A stretch of DNA of 64,000 nucleotides from Archaeoglobaceae archaeon (GCA_046483365.1 JAWODI010000081.1:58151-122150); one strand, 5' to 3'; numbered from the stretch's first letter, positions 52,548-62,664 are shown. Notes: generated by a model not told the origin, from the letters alone. Program-made: numbers and translations.

Positions 52548-52942
52548 AGGTCCTGGTCACCAGCGGTAAGAGAAAGACTGCCATTGCTAGAGCGACCATA
52601 AAGCCCGGAAAAGGAAGGGTCAGGGTCAACAAAATGCCTCTGGAAGTAGTGGAACCGGAAATGGTCAGGACCTTTATCATCGAGCCGCTTCTGATAGCCA
52701 GAGAACTTTCCGAGAAAGTGGATATCAGCGTAAACTCTAATGGCGGCGGCATTATGGGTCAGGCTGAAGCTACCAGAACTGCTATTGCTAGAGCTCTCTA
52801 CGGGTGGAGCAATGATGAGGAGCTTAGAAAAGCGTTCCTTGATTATGATAGAACTTTACTGGTCAACGACGTAAGAAGAAAAGAGAGCAAGAAACAGGGT
52901 GGCAAAGGAGCCAGACAGAAGAAGCAAACTTCGTATAGGTGA
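52544..52942 (+). CDS. rps9: Ribosomal protein S9
   Basis: GKRKTAIARATIKPGKG...; C-terminal KKQTSYR. Confidence 0.85.
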   Translation: MKVLVTSGKRKTAIARATIKPGKGRVRVNKMPLEVVEPEMVRTFIIEPLLIARELSEKVDISVNSNGGGIMGQAEATRTAIARALYGWSNDEELRKAFLDYDRTLLVNDVRRKESKKQGGKGARQKKQTSYR

Positions 52943-52947
52943 TATTC

Positions 52948-53148
52948 ATGTTCCCTATCAGATGTTTTACTTGTGGAAGCGTTATTGCCCAGCACTGGGA
53001 GCCGTATCAGGAAAAGCTTAGAGAAGGTAAGAGCCAGGAAGAAGCTCTTAATGAGCTCGGAATTGAGCGATATTGCTGCAGAAGGATGTTCCTTACTCAC
53101 AAATCAGTGATTAAGGAGTTCGCACGCTTCCACGGGGCCGTAAGGTAG
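52948..53148 (+). CDS. rpoN: DNA-directed RNA polymerase subunit N (Rpo10)
   Basis: MFPIRCFTCG....YCCRRM zinc motif. The last 15 nt overlap the tRNA-Pro 5' end. Confidence 0.85.
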   Translation: MFPIRCFTCGSVIAQHWEPYQEKLREGKSQEEALNELGIERYCCRRMFLTHKSVIKEFARFHGAVR

Positions 53149-53207
53149 CCTGGTCATCCTTCGGCGTTCGGGACGCCGTTACCCGAGTTCAAATCTCGGC
53201 GGCCCCA
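53134..53207 (+). tRNA. tRNA-Pro (anticodon CGG)
   Basis: Hand-folded cloverleaf: acceptor GGGGCCG/CGGCCCC, D loop AGCCTGGTCA, anticodon stem CGGCG/CGCCG with loop TTCGGGA, T arm CCGAG-TTCAAAT-CTCGG, discriminator A. No encoded CCA. Confidence 0.9.
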
Positions 53208-53231
53208 TTAGGTTGAAAAAGGAGTGGAAAA

Positions 53232-53474
53232 ATGGCTTCAAAAACAAAAAAAGAAAGATCATTTCCATTTGAATATACTCGTTTTGAAAAAGCAAGAATC
53301 ATTGGGTCTAGAGCCCTTCAGATCGCTATGGGAGCTCCGGTGCTCATTGAGAGCACTGGTGGAGGGGGACCAATGGAGACAGCTCTGGAGGAATTCGAAA
53401 AAAGAGCGATACCAATTACTGTCAAGAGGAGAAGCGACAGTTTCATATGGCTCCAAAATTCAGATTATTTTTGA
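53232..53474 (+). CDS. rpoK: DNA-directed RNA polymerase subunit K (Rpo6)
   Basis: [25 protein letters not shown]. Confidence 0.85.
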   Translation: MASKTKKERSFPFEYTRFEKARIIGSRALQIAMGAPVLIESTGGGGPMETALEEFEKRAIPITVKRRSDSFIWLQNSDYF

Positions 53475-53491
53475 GGAGTGAAAATAATTAA

Positions 53492-54694
53492 ATGATAATT
53501 GAAGATTTATTGTACAGAGTTGTTTTTGACAGCAGAGGGAACGAGACCATTGAATGTGAAGTCGTAACCTCTGACTCTGGTGCGAGCTCTATAGCCCCCA
53601 GTGGGGCTTCAACAGGGAGCGAAGAAGCAATAGTGGCCGATCCCTACAGGTATGGAGAGATAGAAGACAAGGTATCCAGGGCGCTGGTGGGGATGAGCAT
53701 CTTCGACCAGGGCACTGTTGATGCAGCCTTAAGAGAAGCCGATGGAACGGACAATTTCTCTGAGATAGGCGGTAATTTTGCTATCACCGCCAGTCTTGCG
53801 TGTGCGAAGGCAGCTGCAAATTATCTGGGGCTCCCCCTGTACCACTACCTGGGAGGAGCCTTTGCCAGTGAGCTACCCTACCCTCTGGGTAATGTGATAG
53901 GTGGCGGTGCTCACGCAGCGGGCACAAATATCCAGGAGTTCTTGATAATCCCTGTAGGAGCAGAAACTTTCTTTGATGCTCAGTTGACCAACACCCGGGT
54001 ACACAAGCAGATCAAGAAAGAGTTGGCCAACAAAGGAATCTTTACAGCTAAAGGAGATGAAGGCGGGTGGGCTGCTCAGATAAGTGATGAGCAAGCCTTC
54101 GAGATCATCCAGACTGCCATAGACCGCGTTGAAGACGAGTTAGGCACTAAGGTAAGGATAGGAACGGATGTGGCAGCCACCGAGTTGTGGGATGGAGAGC
54201 ATTATGTTTATCACGATAAGAAATTGAGACCCGATGAACAGATCTCTTATATTGGCGAGCTGGTGGACAAATACGACCTCCTTTTCGTAGAAGACCCTCT
54301 TCAGGAAAATGATTTTGAGGGTTTTGCACAATTGACCAGATCCGTAGACTGCATGATCTGTGGAGACGATCTTTTTGTGACCAACATCAAGAGGATCGAG
54401 ATGGGAGTTGAAGCAGGTTCAGTAAACTCCGTTCTAATAAAACCCAACCAGATCGGAACTCTGACAGACACTTTTAAGGCTGTTAAGCTGAGTAGAGATA
54501 ATGATTACGACGTTGTGGTCTCTCACCGTAGCGGTGAAACTGAAGATGATGCTATTGCCCATCTTAGTGTGGCTTTCAACGCAAAATTAATAAAGTCCGG
54601 CGTTGTGGGTAGCGAACGTTTGACTAAACTCAACGAACTCATCAGAATAGAAGAATACATGAGTTCTCCTTCCATGGTTAAACTACGTAGGTGA
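53492..54694 (+). CDS. eno: Enolase
   Basis: [17 protein letters not shown] and DDLFVTN motifs. Confidence 0.9.
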   Translation: MIIEDLLYRVVFDSRGNETIECEVVTSDSGASSIAPSGASTGSEEAIVADPYRYGEIEDKVSRALVGMSIFDQGTVDAALREADGTDNFSEIGGNFAITASLACAKAAANYLGLPLYHYLGGAFASELPYPLGNVIGGGAHAAGTNIQEFLIIPVGAETFFDAQLTNTRVHKQIKKELANKGIFTAKGDEGGWAAQISDEQAFEIIQTAIDRVEDELGTKVRIGTDVAATELWDGEHYVYHDKKLRPDEQISYIGELVDKYDLLFVEDPLQENDFEGFAQLTRSVDCMICGDDLFVTNIKRIEMGVEAGSVNSVLIKPNQIGTLTDTFKAVKLSRDNDYDVVVSHRSGETEDDAIAHLSVAFNAKLIKSGVVGSERLTKLNELIRIEEYMSSPSMVKLRR

Positions 54695-54701
54695 TTTCAA
54701 T

Positions 54702-55328
54702 ATGATAAAAGAAGGCGAAAAGATGATAAGGGACAGTGAGGAGGGCTACGATTACCTTCTCTCTCCAGACGAATACCTTGCAGCTGGTGTTCACATAGGG
54801 ACTCAAGTAAAGACCGGGGATATGAGGAAGTTCATATACAAGGTGAGGCCCGATGGGCTTTACGTTCTGGATATCAGACAGCTTGACGAGAGAATAAAAC
54901 TAACAGGCAAGTTCCTGGCAAAATTCAATCCGCAAAAGGTCCTGGTGGTCTCAGCAAGGCAGTACGGTCAAAAACCGGCGAAGATGCTGGCAAAGATCAT
55001 AGGTGCAGAGAGTATAGTGAACAGATTCGTGCCGGGCACGCTCACAAATCCTGTGCTCAAATACTACAGGGAGCCCGAAGTGGTGGTCGTCACGGACCCC
55101 GCCATAGACACTCAGGCTGTCCAGGAGGCAAGGGACATAGGTATCCCAGTAATAGCCCTGTGTGACTCCAACAACCTGGCATCCAACGTAGATCTTGTAA
55201 TCCCCGCGAACAACAAGGGTAGAAAAGCTCTAGCACTGGTTTACTGGCTAATAACCAGGGAAGTTATGAAGAACAAGGGCATAAGCGACTTCCCATATGC
55301 TATAGAAGATTTCGAAGCAGAGTTATAA
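54702..55328 (+). CDS. rps2: Ribosomal protein S2
   Basis: [11 protein letters not shown].. pattern and conserved position after eno. Confidence 0.85.
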   Translation: MIKEGEKMIRDSEEGYDYLLSPDEYLAAGVHIGTQVKTGDMRKFIYKVRPDGLYVLDIRQLDERIKLTGKFLAKFNPQKVLVVSARQYGQKPAKMLAKIIGAESIVNRFVPGTLTNPVLKYYREPEVVVVTDPAIDTQAVQEARDIGIPVIALCDSNNLASNVDLVIPANNKGRKALALVYWLITREVMKNKGISDFPYAIEDFEAEL

Positions 55329-55519
55329 CCAACCAACTTTTTAACTTATTTTCTATCTTCCGTTTTCTATCTTTTCGGATCCCATTATGTGTAGGGGCAA
55401 TCCACTTTTTCTATAAAGGCTAGGTGTGGTTGAGTTTGTAAAAACGAATTTGAAGTTTCCAAAAACTTTTCCACAAAATTACCACAAACCTCATATAATT
55501 AATTACCAACTTTAATTGG

Positions 55520-56950
55520 ATGGAAGACTACCTGTGGGACGAAGTGGTGGTTAAAAAGTCCACCTCACCTGTTTTTACTTTGAATGGAGAGCAGATCGAC
55601 TTATGGAGCGATGAATACCTCAAGTATCATTCCACCACAGTTACGGACTACATTAGAAAATCTCTGCTTTCATACGAGAAAGAGGGGTTAGACCCTTTTC
55701 ATGAGATCATTGGAAAAGAAGGGGAGAAAGATTCCTTAAAGAATGCTCTGATGAGCGGTTCGAGCATCCTTTTCAAGGGAATGAGAGGCTATGGGAAAAC
55801 CACATTCTCCAAAAGTATAGTGAAATTGCTTCCTCAAAAGCAGTTAGCCATCCAGGGATGTAAGATCAATGATGACCCCTTGAATCCGGTCTGTTTCTCC
55901 TGCAAAAAGAAGGTGGTTGAAGATGATGAGGTAGAGCTTACGTGGATACCCCAAAAGTGGATAAGGATCTCAGGCGACCCCATGATGACCACCAGACAGC
56001 TCATCGGGGGAATCAGCATTCAGAAATTAAAAGAAGGCTACGATCTGGATCATCCAGAGGTGTTTAACCCCGGGAGGATACTGAGAGCCCATAGAGGGAT
56101 CGGCTATTTTGATGAGCTGGGTGCCGTTCCATCGGCTCTCCAGACGCTGCTGCACGAATTGCTGGAAGAAAAACAGATAACCACGCTGGAGGGCGACCTC
56201 CTACCCATGAAGATCGATACAGTGTTCATTGCTTCTACGAACCCCGCCAACTATAGAGGAACTGCGGATATAAAGGAGCCATTGCTGGACAGGCTGGAAG
56301 AGATACCGATTGGGCCTCCCGGTAGTTTACAGGAAGAGATAGAGGTTGGGCTGAAGAACATGAGCCTCAAAATGGGGGCCTTCCTCCCCAGCTGGCACCT
56401 CAAGATACTGGCGAGAGCGGTTAGATGCGCCAGACAGAAAGACGGGTGTGGAGCAAGACTTGAGAGCGAGCCCTCTTGCAGGGCGACCATCAAGCTGTTC
56501 GACCACTTGAGAGCAGCGGCCACCAGAAGAAGGCATGAAGCAGCCATGCTCACCGACTATGGAGAGAACTATGGAGTGATAAAACTGGGCTTGAGAAGCA
56601 GAATTGAGCCCGAGTTCGGAGAAGAGAGCTCCAAAGAAGAGATCATCCAAAAGCTGGTGGAAGAGGCAATAAACCAGACATGCTCAGAGATCTACTCTGT
56701 CATCCCGGAAGAAGATTTTGGAGGTATTATGGAGGAGGTCTCTCTTATGAGCGATAACGGGATAAACGCGGAGGATGAGAGGGATTTTAAAGAGTATCCT
56801 CACTGCTGGAAGTTCCTCATATTGATGGCCCAATCACCGCACGAAGTCAAATCCGCATTCGAGATAATGCTGGAATCCATAAAAAGATGTACGAACCTCA
56901 TAGAGAAGACGGAACTGGGTATTTACACCTGTATAGGATATGAACAGTAG
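55520..56950 (+). CDS. ChlI/BchI-like AAA+ ATPase (divergent)
   Basis: Walker A GMRGYGKTT, ChlI-type Cys insert GCKINDDPLNPVCFSCKKK, Walker B GIGYFDELG, STNPANY...LLDRL. Confidence 0.65.
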   Translation: MEDYLWDEVVVKKSTSPVFTLNGEQIDLWSDEYLKYHSTTVTDYIRKSLLSYEKEGLDPFHEIIGKEGEKDSLKNALMSGSSILFKGMRGYGKTTFSKSIVKLLPQKQLAIQGCKINDDPLNPVCFSCKKKVVEDDEVELTWIPQKWIRISGDPMMTTRQLIGGISIQKLKEGYDLDHPEVFNPGRILRAHRGIGYFDELGAVPSALQTLLHELLEEKQITTLEGDLLPMKIDTVFIASTNPANYRGTADIKEPLLDRLEEIPIGPPGSLQEEIEVGLKNMSLKMGAFLPSWHLKILARAVRCARQKDGCGARLESEPSCRATIKLFDHLRAAATRRRHEAAMLTDYGENYGVIKLGLRSRIEPEFGEESSKEEIIQKLVEEAINQTCSEIYSVIPEEDFGGIMEEVSLMSDNGINAEDERDFKEYPHCWKFLILMAQSPHEVKSAFEIMLESIKRCTNLIEKTELGIYTCIGYEQ

Positions 56951-58181
56951 GAATAATGATAAAACCAGAATGGAGAAGCCGGAGTGCAGATTATGTTCCC
57001 CCAATGCTCTGAATAGAGAGCTTGCCGGGGAACTGCTCTACTCCATATTCAACCCCCATAACCTGGAAAAAGGGGTATTGGACCTATCTCAGCTCGTAAA
57101 GAAATATATAAGTGATCCAGAGCTGAAGAGGAACTACGAGCTAATTTCCCACCTCCTCGATGATTTTCCAGAGCATTTGAGCTACATCAATTTTCCTCAT
57201 AAAAAGCTAAAAGAATACAGGACAGCCAAAAAGAGAGCCTGGACAGAGATTAATGAGAAGCTGGATAAGGGAGAGTTGAGCAGGGAAGATGTCAGCACCA
57301 GCGACCTCGCCTATCACTTTTACGATGAGATCCTGCAGGATTTGACTGAAGACGGTTACATAGACAAGGTGGTAGAAGGTCTAAACCGCCGTATCCACTA
57401 TACGCCCCATGCGGAAAAGATCCTGGGGGAGAAAGTGCTGAAGATCTCCATTCAGGACCTCCAGAAGCACTGGCAGGGAGAGCATGAGACCTCTCAAAAG
57501 GGGATGTCCGTATATACTGGCAATGCCCTGGAAGAATATGACCCTTATCTCCATAACTTCGACATGATCGATGTTCAAGAGACCATGGTCAATACCGCTC
57601 TAAAAGACCCTCAGCTCAAGCTGGAGGAAGAAAATATTGTGGTCAGAGAGTTAAAGCACACCGAAAGATGTATTTACGTATTCCTTATAGACGCCAGCGA
57701 CTCCATGAGGGGAAGGAAGACACTGGGTGCTATTGAGGCTACACTCGCCCTGAGGAGAGCGATCAAATCCAGCAGCGACGATGTTCTGTATATAGTTGCT
57801 TTCAACCACACTACCAGGAGGTTGAAGGAAGGAGACATCATGAACATCAGTGTAAAGGGAAGAACCGATATCGGACTGGCTCTAAGGACAGCCAGAGAGA
57901 TTTTGAGGAAAGAGACAGGGACCGGGATAGTTTTCCTCATAACCGACGGTGAACCCACCAGCACCACACTGGAGAAAACTACACCGTGGAGCGCTTCCGT
58001 GATAGAAGCAGAAAAAATGAACTCTGTGGATGCCCGACTCTCCATAGTGATGTTCGGTAGAGAAAAGAGGTTTGTTGAGCTGTGCAACAAAATAGCTGGC
58101 AAGTGCCAGAACTCTCACATAGTGTTCTTCGAAGACCCCCTGAACCTCAAGAATTACGTCATCCACAGCTACCTCAGATAA
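56940..58181 (+). CDS. von Willebrand factor A (vWA) domain protein
   Basis: MIDAS motif VFLIDASDSMRG ... TDI ... ITDGEPT in the C-terminal half; 11-nt overlap with the AAA+ gene. Confidence 0.65.
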   Translation: MNSRNNDKTRMEKPECRLCSPNALNRELAGELLYSIFNPHNLEKGVLDLSQLVKKYISDPELKRNYELISHLLDDFPEHLSYINFPHKKLKEYRTAKKRAWTEINEKLDKGELSREDVSTSDLAYHFYDEILQDLTEDGYIDKVVEGLNRRIHYTPHAEKILGEKVLKISIQDLQKHWQGEHETSQKGMSVYTGNALEEYDPYLHNFDMIDVQETMVNTALKDPQLKLEEENIVVRELKHTERCIYVFLIDASDSMRGRKTLGAIEATLALRRAIKSSSDDVLYIVAFNHTTRRLKEGDIMNISVKGRTDIGLALRTAREILRKETGTGIVFLITDGEPTSTTLEKTTPWSASVIEAEKMNSVDARLSIVMFGREKRFVELCNKIAGKCQNSHIVFFEDPLNLKNYVIHSYLR

Positions 58182-58221
58182 GCTAAGTTCGAGATTAAAA
58201 AGATAAAGATAAAAAGAAGAA

Positions 58222-58887
58222 TTATTTTTTCTCCGTTCTGAAGTCAGTGATCTCCAGAAAGCCTGCATCACCTTTCCATTCCTTTCTGCTATCCTTTATT
58301 GCGATCCTATCTCTGAAAAGAGGAGCATCCAGGACAAGAGTTTCGTACTCTCCTCCTTCTCCCGCAATGTGCACCCCATACTCCTTGTTAAGGATCCGCA
58401 GTTTGGATAGGAGCTGCTCATCAATCTTCTTGCCCAGCCAGCTCTCATCCAGACCCATTGCAGAAGCACTGACAATTATTACACTGTAATCCTCTACAAT
58501 TTCCTTCATCAGCTCATTAACATCCCGATGCCATAAGGGCACAAACAACTCCAAACCAAGGTTCCGGCATGTCCTGTCGAACCGGCTCCGCTGATACTCT
58601 GATTCCACAGCGCCAGTAACGATACCGTCCACATTCAGGACATCCAGATGCTTTTCAATATCCTCTACCTCCTGCTCCTCTATCCCTGCAGTAGGGATCT
58701 TGAATATGGGGATCTGAAGGGAATAGGATATCACGTCGATGAGATGAAGATTATAAGTGTGGAACATATAGGAGTGAGGATTTTCGGGGATAGCTCCCAC
58801 CAGACAAACTATCTCATGATATTCAGCAGCCTTATGGAGAGCAAGCATAGAATCCTTACCACCAGAGATCAACGCCGCCAGCCTCAT
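58222..58887 (-). CDS. dph6: Diphthine-ammonia ligase (MJ0570-type ATP-pyrophosphatase)
   Basis: PP-loop ALISGGKDS; EGGEYETLVLDAPLF. Confidence 0.75.
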   Translation of the reverse strand: MRLAALISGGKDSMLALHKAAEYHEIVCLVGAIPENPHSYMFHTYNLHLIDVISYSLQIPIFKIPTAGIEEQEVEDIEKHLDVLNVDGIVTGAVESEYQRSRFDRTCRNLGLELFVPLWHRDVNELMKEIVEDYSVIIVSASAMGLDESWLGKKIDEQLLSKLRILNKEYGVHIAGEGGEYETLVLDAPLFRDRIAIKDSRKEWKGDAGFLEITDFRTEKK

Positions 58888-59001
58888 AAAAGAAAAACTC
58901 GTTAATAAAATAAAAAATTTGGCTCTTTGAAAAAGACTTAAGCGGTAGGAGAAATAGATGAGATTGCGAGCAGAAATAAAAACCTCCTCAACTCCACGCC
59001 C

Positions 59002-59169
59002 CTAATGTCCACCGGTTCGATGCCATGGATAGATTGTTCTCATTTCAATCTTATTATAAGGAGATTCAAAGCCTCTTGCTACTCTACCAATAAATAAACA
59101 ACAACAATGAGAAAAAGCAACTCCGAGAACCACCAAGGCAACAGTAACTATCAGATAACGATTATCCAA
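59002..59169 (-). pseudogene. Fragment of a 16800..17093-type small membrane protein gene (TTG in place of ATG)
   Basis: Hand translation (M)DNRYLIVTVALVVLGVAFSHCCC... versus MDKRYLTVTIGLIVLGVALLAA... of 16800..17093. Diverges after about 20 codons; preceded by Cassette A copy 8. Confidence 0.4.
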
Positions 59170-59243
59170 TCTCGACCCCTCTTTGCATTCTATAGCTCAA
59201 TTTAATTATATAATCCTTTTGTTTTAATCATTTTTTATTATGT
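59170..59243 (-). promoter_or_regulatory. Cassette A copy 8 (degenerate, outside the island)
   Basis: Gene-sense: ATAATAAAAAATGATTAAAACAAAAGGATTATATAATTAAATTGAGCTATAGAATGCAAAGAGGGGTCGAGA-TTG. Confidence 0.45.
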
Positions 59244-59465
59244 TTATTCATAAGGTTTATGAGGAGTTGCCAACCCAGTTGACATAATAAAAAAGGTAAG
59301 GAAGTGTAATGGATGCTAAAAAAATATCGCAGTGCAGTCGAACATAATTATAGGTCAGGTTAAAAAATTGGTTCTTTGAGATCATGTATTTTAATAATAG
59401 CAAATGTGTGTTAAAATGTGTGTTAAATCCTGTCCAATCAAAATTTATTAATCGTTTGTGCCAGC

Positions 59466-60356
59466 TTGAAAAGGATGTCCAGTATTAGGTCTGTACCAAC
59501 TGTGATCCTCGCCCTGACGGCCACAATTCTGGGCTGGGGCTGGGCTTTCATGAACATAAAGATCGCGTTGAATGAATTGAGTCCTCTTACTCTCACTATC
59601 CTCAGGTTTATTGTTGCTGACGCTTTATTCGTCCCTTACATCATATATAGAAAGGATCTGCATCTGCGGAGAGGGGATATTCCCTTTGTGTTCGTCCTGG
59701 GATTCGGTGGGGTTGCAGTGTATCACCTCTGCCTGAATTTTGGTGAGGTTTTCATCCCATCTGGTGTGGCGAGTTTGATAATCGCTACTGCACCCGTTTA
59801 CATATTCATTAGCTCCATATTCCTCTTGGGAGAGAGATTGATGAAGACCAGGGTTATGGGAACCATCCTCGCACTCACAGGAGTCATATTCATTATCGTG
59901 TCCGGAGACACGTCCTATGAGGTAGGTAATTATATTGGGGCTCTCGCCGTGCTCATTTCGGCTCTATCTGCCACCTTTTACACCATCTACGGGAAGAAGA
60001 TGTTCTCTCTGAACAGGTATCCACCTTCCATACTCACTGCATACTCCATCACTCTGGGGACGGTCCCCTTATTCTTCCTGTTAACGCCGGATAGGGTTGG
60101 ACAGGTGGTCGCTCTTCCTATGGAGATCTGGGCATCGGTGTTATTCCTGGGGGTATTCTCTACTTTCATTGCCTATCAAGGTTGGTATTACGCCCTGAAC
60201 AAGCTGGATGCTTCCAGGGCGTCAGTATTCCTCCAGGCTATACCCGTAGTAGCTGTAACCTCAGGAGTATTACTTCTTGACGAGCCCATCAATTCCTTCT
60301 TTGCCATCGGAGCCGTGATGGTAATAGCAGGTGTATACGTGGTAAACCGGAGATGA
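59466..60356 (+). CDS. EamA/DMT-family transporter
   Basis: 10-helix profile with two EamA-like halves. An alternative ATG lies at 59475. Confidence 0.7.
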   Translation: MKRMSSIRSVPTVILALTATILGWGWAFMNIKIALNELSPLTLTILRFIVADALFVPYIIYRKDLHLRRGDIPFVFVLGFGGVAVYHLCLNFGEVFIPSGVASLIIATAPVYIFISSIFLLGERLMKTRVMGTILALTGVIFIIVSGDTSYEVGNYIGALAVLISALSATFYTIYGKKMFSLNRYPPSILTAYSITLGTVPLFFLLTPDRVGQVVALPMEIWASVLFLGVFSTFIAYQGWYYALNKLDASRASVFLQAIPVVAVTSGVLLLDEPINSFFAIGAVMVIAGVYVVNRR

Positions 60357-60426
60357 CTTCCACAGCAGAAAACACCCCAAAGGGCTACCCAAAATAATAT
60401 ATCTCTTCTAAACTTTTTCACTGTGG

Positions 60427-61104
60427 ATGCTCGGAACAGTAATAAACGCTACAGCCATCGTAATCGCCAGTATAGCAGGGATACTGCTGGGTTCAAGACT
60501 AAATGAGGAGCTAAAAGAATCCCTTATAAGTGCTCTTGGCCTGGCTGTTATTCTAATAGGACTGAGTATGGCACTTGAGACCCAGAACGTGCTGGTAGTT
60601 ATCGCCAGCATGCTTATAGGTACAGCAATAGGAGAGATGATAGGGATCGAGAAATGGCTGGATAAGGGGGCGAACCGAATTGAAGCCCGATTTGAGGGCT
60701 CCAGATTCACTGATGGGTTCGTATCGTCTACTCTGCTTTTCTGTGTGGGTTCTCTGGCTATAGTGGGTCCCATACAAGAGGGTTTGACAGGTGATACTTC
60801 CATCTTGATGGCAAAGTCCATGCTGGACGGGATCGCAGCAATGGCGCTTTCTTCAACCCTGGGGATAGGAGTGCTGTTCTCTTCCGTTTCTGTACTTATA
60901 TATCAGGGATTTTTCACTCTCCTGGCCTCTTCTATGTCAGCTTATGCCACGGAACAGATAATCACCGAAGTCACAGCCACAGGTGGTCTGCTGATCACAG
61001 CGATCGGGATCAAACTGCTGCAGATAAGGAATTTAAAAATTGGGAATATGCTTCCCGCAGTGTTTGTTGCTCCTATTTTGACCCCCCTGCTTCAAGGACT
61101 TTAA
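60427..61104 (+). CDS. DUF554-family membrane protein
   Basis: MLGTVINATAIVIASIAGILLG.. is the typical DUF554 N-terminus; polytopic. Confidence 0.6.
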   Translation: MLGTVINATAIVIASIAGILLGSRLNEELKESLISALGLAVILIGLSMALETQNVLVVIASMLIGTAIGEMIGIEKWLDKGANRIEARFEGSRFTDGFVSSTLLFCVGSLAIVGPIQEGLTGDTSILMAKSMLDGIAAMALSSTLGIGVLFSSVSVLIYQGFFTLLASSMSAYATEQIITEVTATGGLLITAIGIKLLQIRNLKIGNMLPAVFVAPILTPLLQGL

Positions 61105-61692
61105 TCATTTGAAACAAGATTCGTAGAAGTTCAGAACATCCTGTACGAACTTCTGGGGATAATCCAGGTATGCTGGGTGTCTAGCGTTCTCATAGATCTT
61201 AAGCTCAGCACCCAGTGCTTCAGAGAGCTTCTTCATTTCTTCCAGGGATACGATCTCGTCCTTTTCTCCATATATTATGGTCTTCTGCCCCTCTATTTTG
61301 TGATAATTCTTCACCAGATCTTCTTCCAGCCCCCCGGTAGGAGCTATCAGCACTAAACCTTTTACGGGGTTTTTCACGCTGTATTTCAGTGCCATGTACC
61401 CACCCAGGCTCGCTCCCACAATTAGTGGTTCCTCTCCGACTGCCTCCTCAACTATCCTGACGCTCAATTCAGGATCCCTTCTTCTGGAGCTGCATTTGCT
61501 CTTGGCACCGTAAGGCATATCCAGGGCGAAAAAAAGTACTTTCTGTTCCTCAAGAGATGAAAGAAGTCCTATCTCCTTCCAGACTTCAGAAGTAAACATA
61601 TAACCGTGGAGAAGGACGACCGGTATACCTGAACCTTTCCCGCGGATCATCCTGCACTCCAGGTCCCCAACACCAACATTTTGCTCCCACAT
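61105..61692 (-). CDS. Alpha/beta-fold hydrolase
   Basis: VVLLHGY..., nucleophile elbow GASLGG, C-terminal ..ARHPAYLD. Confidence 0.6.
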   Translation of the reverse strand: MWEQNVGVGDLECRMIRGKGSGIPVVLLHGYMFTSEVWKEIGLLSSLEEQKVLFFALDMPYGAKSKCSSRRRDPELSVRIVEEAVGEEPLIVGASLGGYMALKYSVKNPVKGLVLIAPTGGLEEDLVKNYHKIEGQKTIIYGEKDEIVSLEEMKKLSEALGAELKIYENARHPAYLDYPQKFVQDVLNFYESCFK

Positions 61693-61768
61693 ACATATCC
61701 TTGAGCCACAGGAATTAATAACATTTGTGACATCGAATTTTTTGCTGTCTCAAATCAGTTTATAATGG

Positions 61769-61828
61769 CTGGAGAGGCCAGGAAGTTGGTGATATATTTT
61801 AAAGGGGCGAGATGAGCGGCCTCTCCAG
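61769..61828. other. Perfect 11-bp inverted repeat CTGGAGAGGCC / GGCCTCTCCAG with a 38-nt loop
   Basis: Read directly: 61769-61779 and 61818-61828. Confidence 0.6.
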
Positions 61829-61953
61829 TGTGGTTCCCACCAAAATTTTCTTTTCCCTCCATAAAAAGTGATTGAAAAACTCATGATGATTTAGCATGAC
61901 CACCAGCACGCTATTTCTAAACCTATATTACATTGCTAGACCTCATATTTTTT

Positions 61954-62011
61954 GAGGAGCCCATGGGGACACCTCTCCAATCGGCATTCTTAATTTTTAT
62001 ATGGGCTCCTC
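61954..62011. other. Perfect 11-bp inverted repeat GAGGAGCCCAT / ATGGGCTCCTC with a 36-nt loop
   Basis: Read directly: 61954-61964 and 62001-62011. Confidence 0.6.
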
Positions 62012-62352
62012 ATATCATAAGGGCTGTCATAAGGAGCTTGATAATAATTAGAAAAGATTATATGGTACTGTAAGAGATTGGATGTGCTAGGACAGATGGG
62101 TTGGAGTGTTGCCAGGGCGGGTCAAGACAGATGGTGTTGTAGAGTATGCAACGGCGGGAGTGGTAAAAGTTGCTACTCACCATAAGAGTTTGCTACCCAT
62201 ATTACCACCCTGGCATTTTATTGTATAAAAACTGATTTTATAACTTTTTCTATTGTTTGGGGTTAACAACCTATATCTCACAGGATTTCACTCTTCCAGT
62301 TTTAATAAAAGGTAAACATTTATTCGTAATACGATCTTCATTTTTTTCACCA

Positions 62353-62664
62353 TCACGGTATCAAATAGAACATCAGGATATAGGCTAAAACAAACACCAA
62401 GATCAACATAGTAATGGCACGAATAATGCTTTTCACGCTTTCTGTCAAATAATTTGTGCTGGAAGGTCTGAAAAGATGGTCCTCGGATTCTTCCCTAAGC
62501 TCTCCACAGAAGAGACACTTCCACTCACCAGTGACCAGATCGTATCTGTGTGAAGTGGCCTTACCACATCTCTTACATTTAAGGAACCTGTGAGTGACCA
62601 GTCCAATAGCCATGATGGATGCAAGTTTTGAAGAACCAGTATTCGTCCTCGAAAAAGTCATCAA
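62353..62664 (-). CDS. Zinc-ribbon protein with C-terminal TM helix
   Basis: CKRCGKATSH...CLFCGE (CxxC..CxxC), then a hydrophobic tail AITMLILVFVLAYILMFYLI. Confidence 0.45.
   Translation of the reverse strand: MMTFSRTNTGSSKLASIMAIGLVTHRFLKCKRCGKATSHRYDLVTGEWKCLFCGELREESEDHLFRPSSTNYLTESVKSIIRAITMLILVFVLAYILMFYLIP

Noticed and set aside
53224-53481. 85-aa ORF in an alternative frame over rpoK
   Set aside because: The rpoK frame carries the conserved Rpo6 motif; the alternative frame has none.
61880-61925. Possible C/D-box sRNA (ATGATGA at about 61884)
   Set aside because: No matching D box (CTGA) or C'/D' arrangement at the expected spacing.
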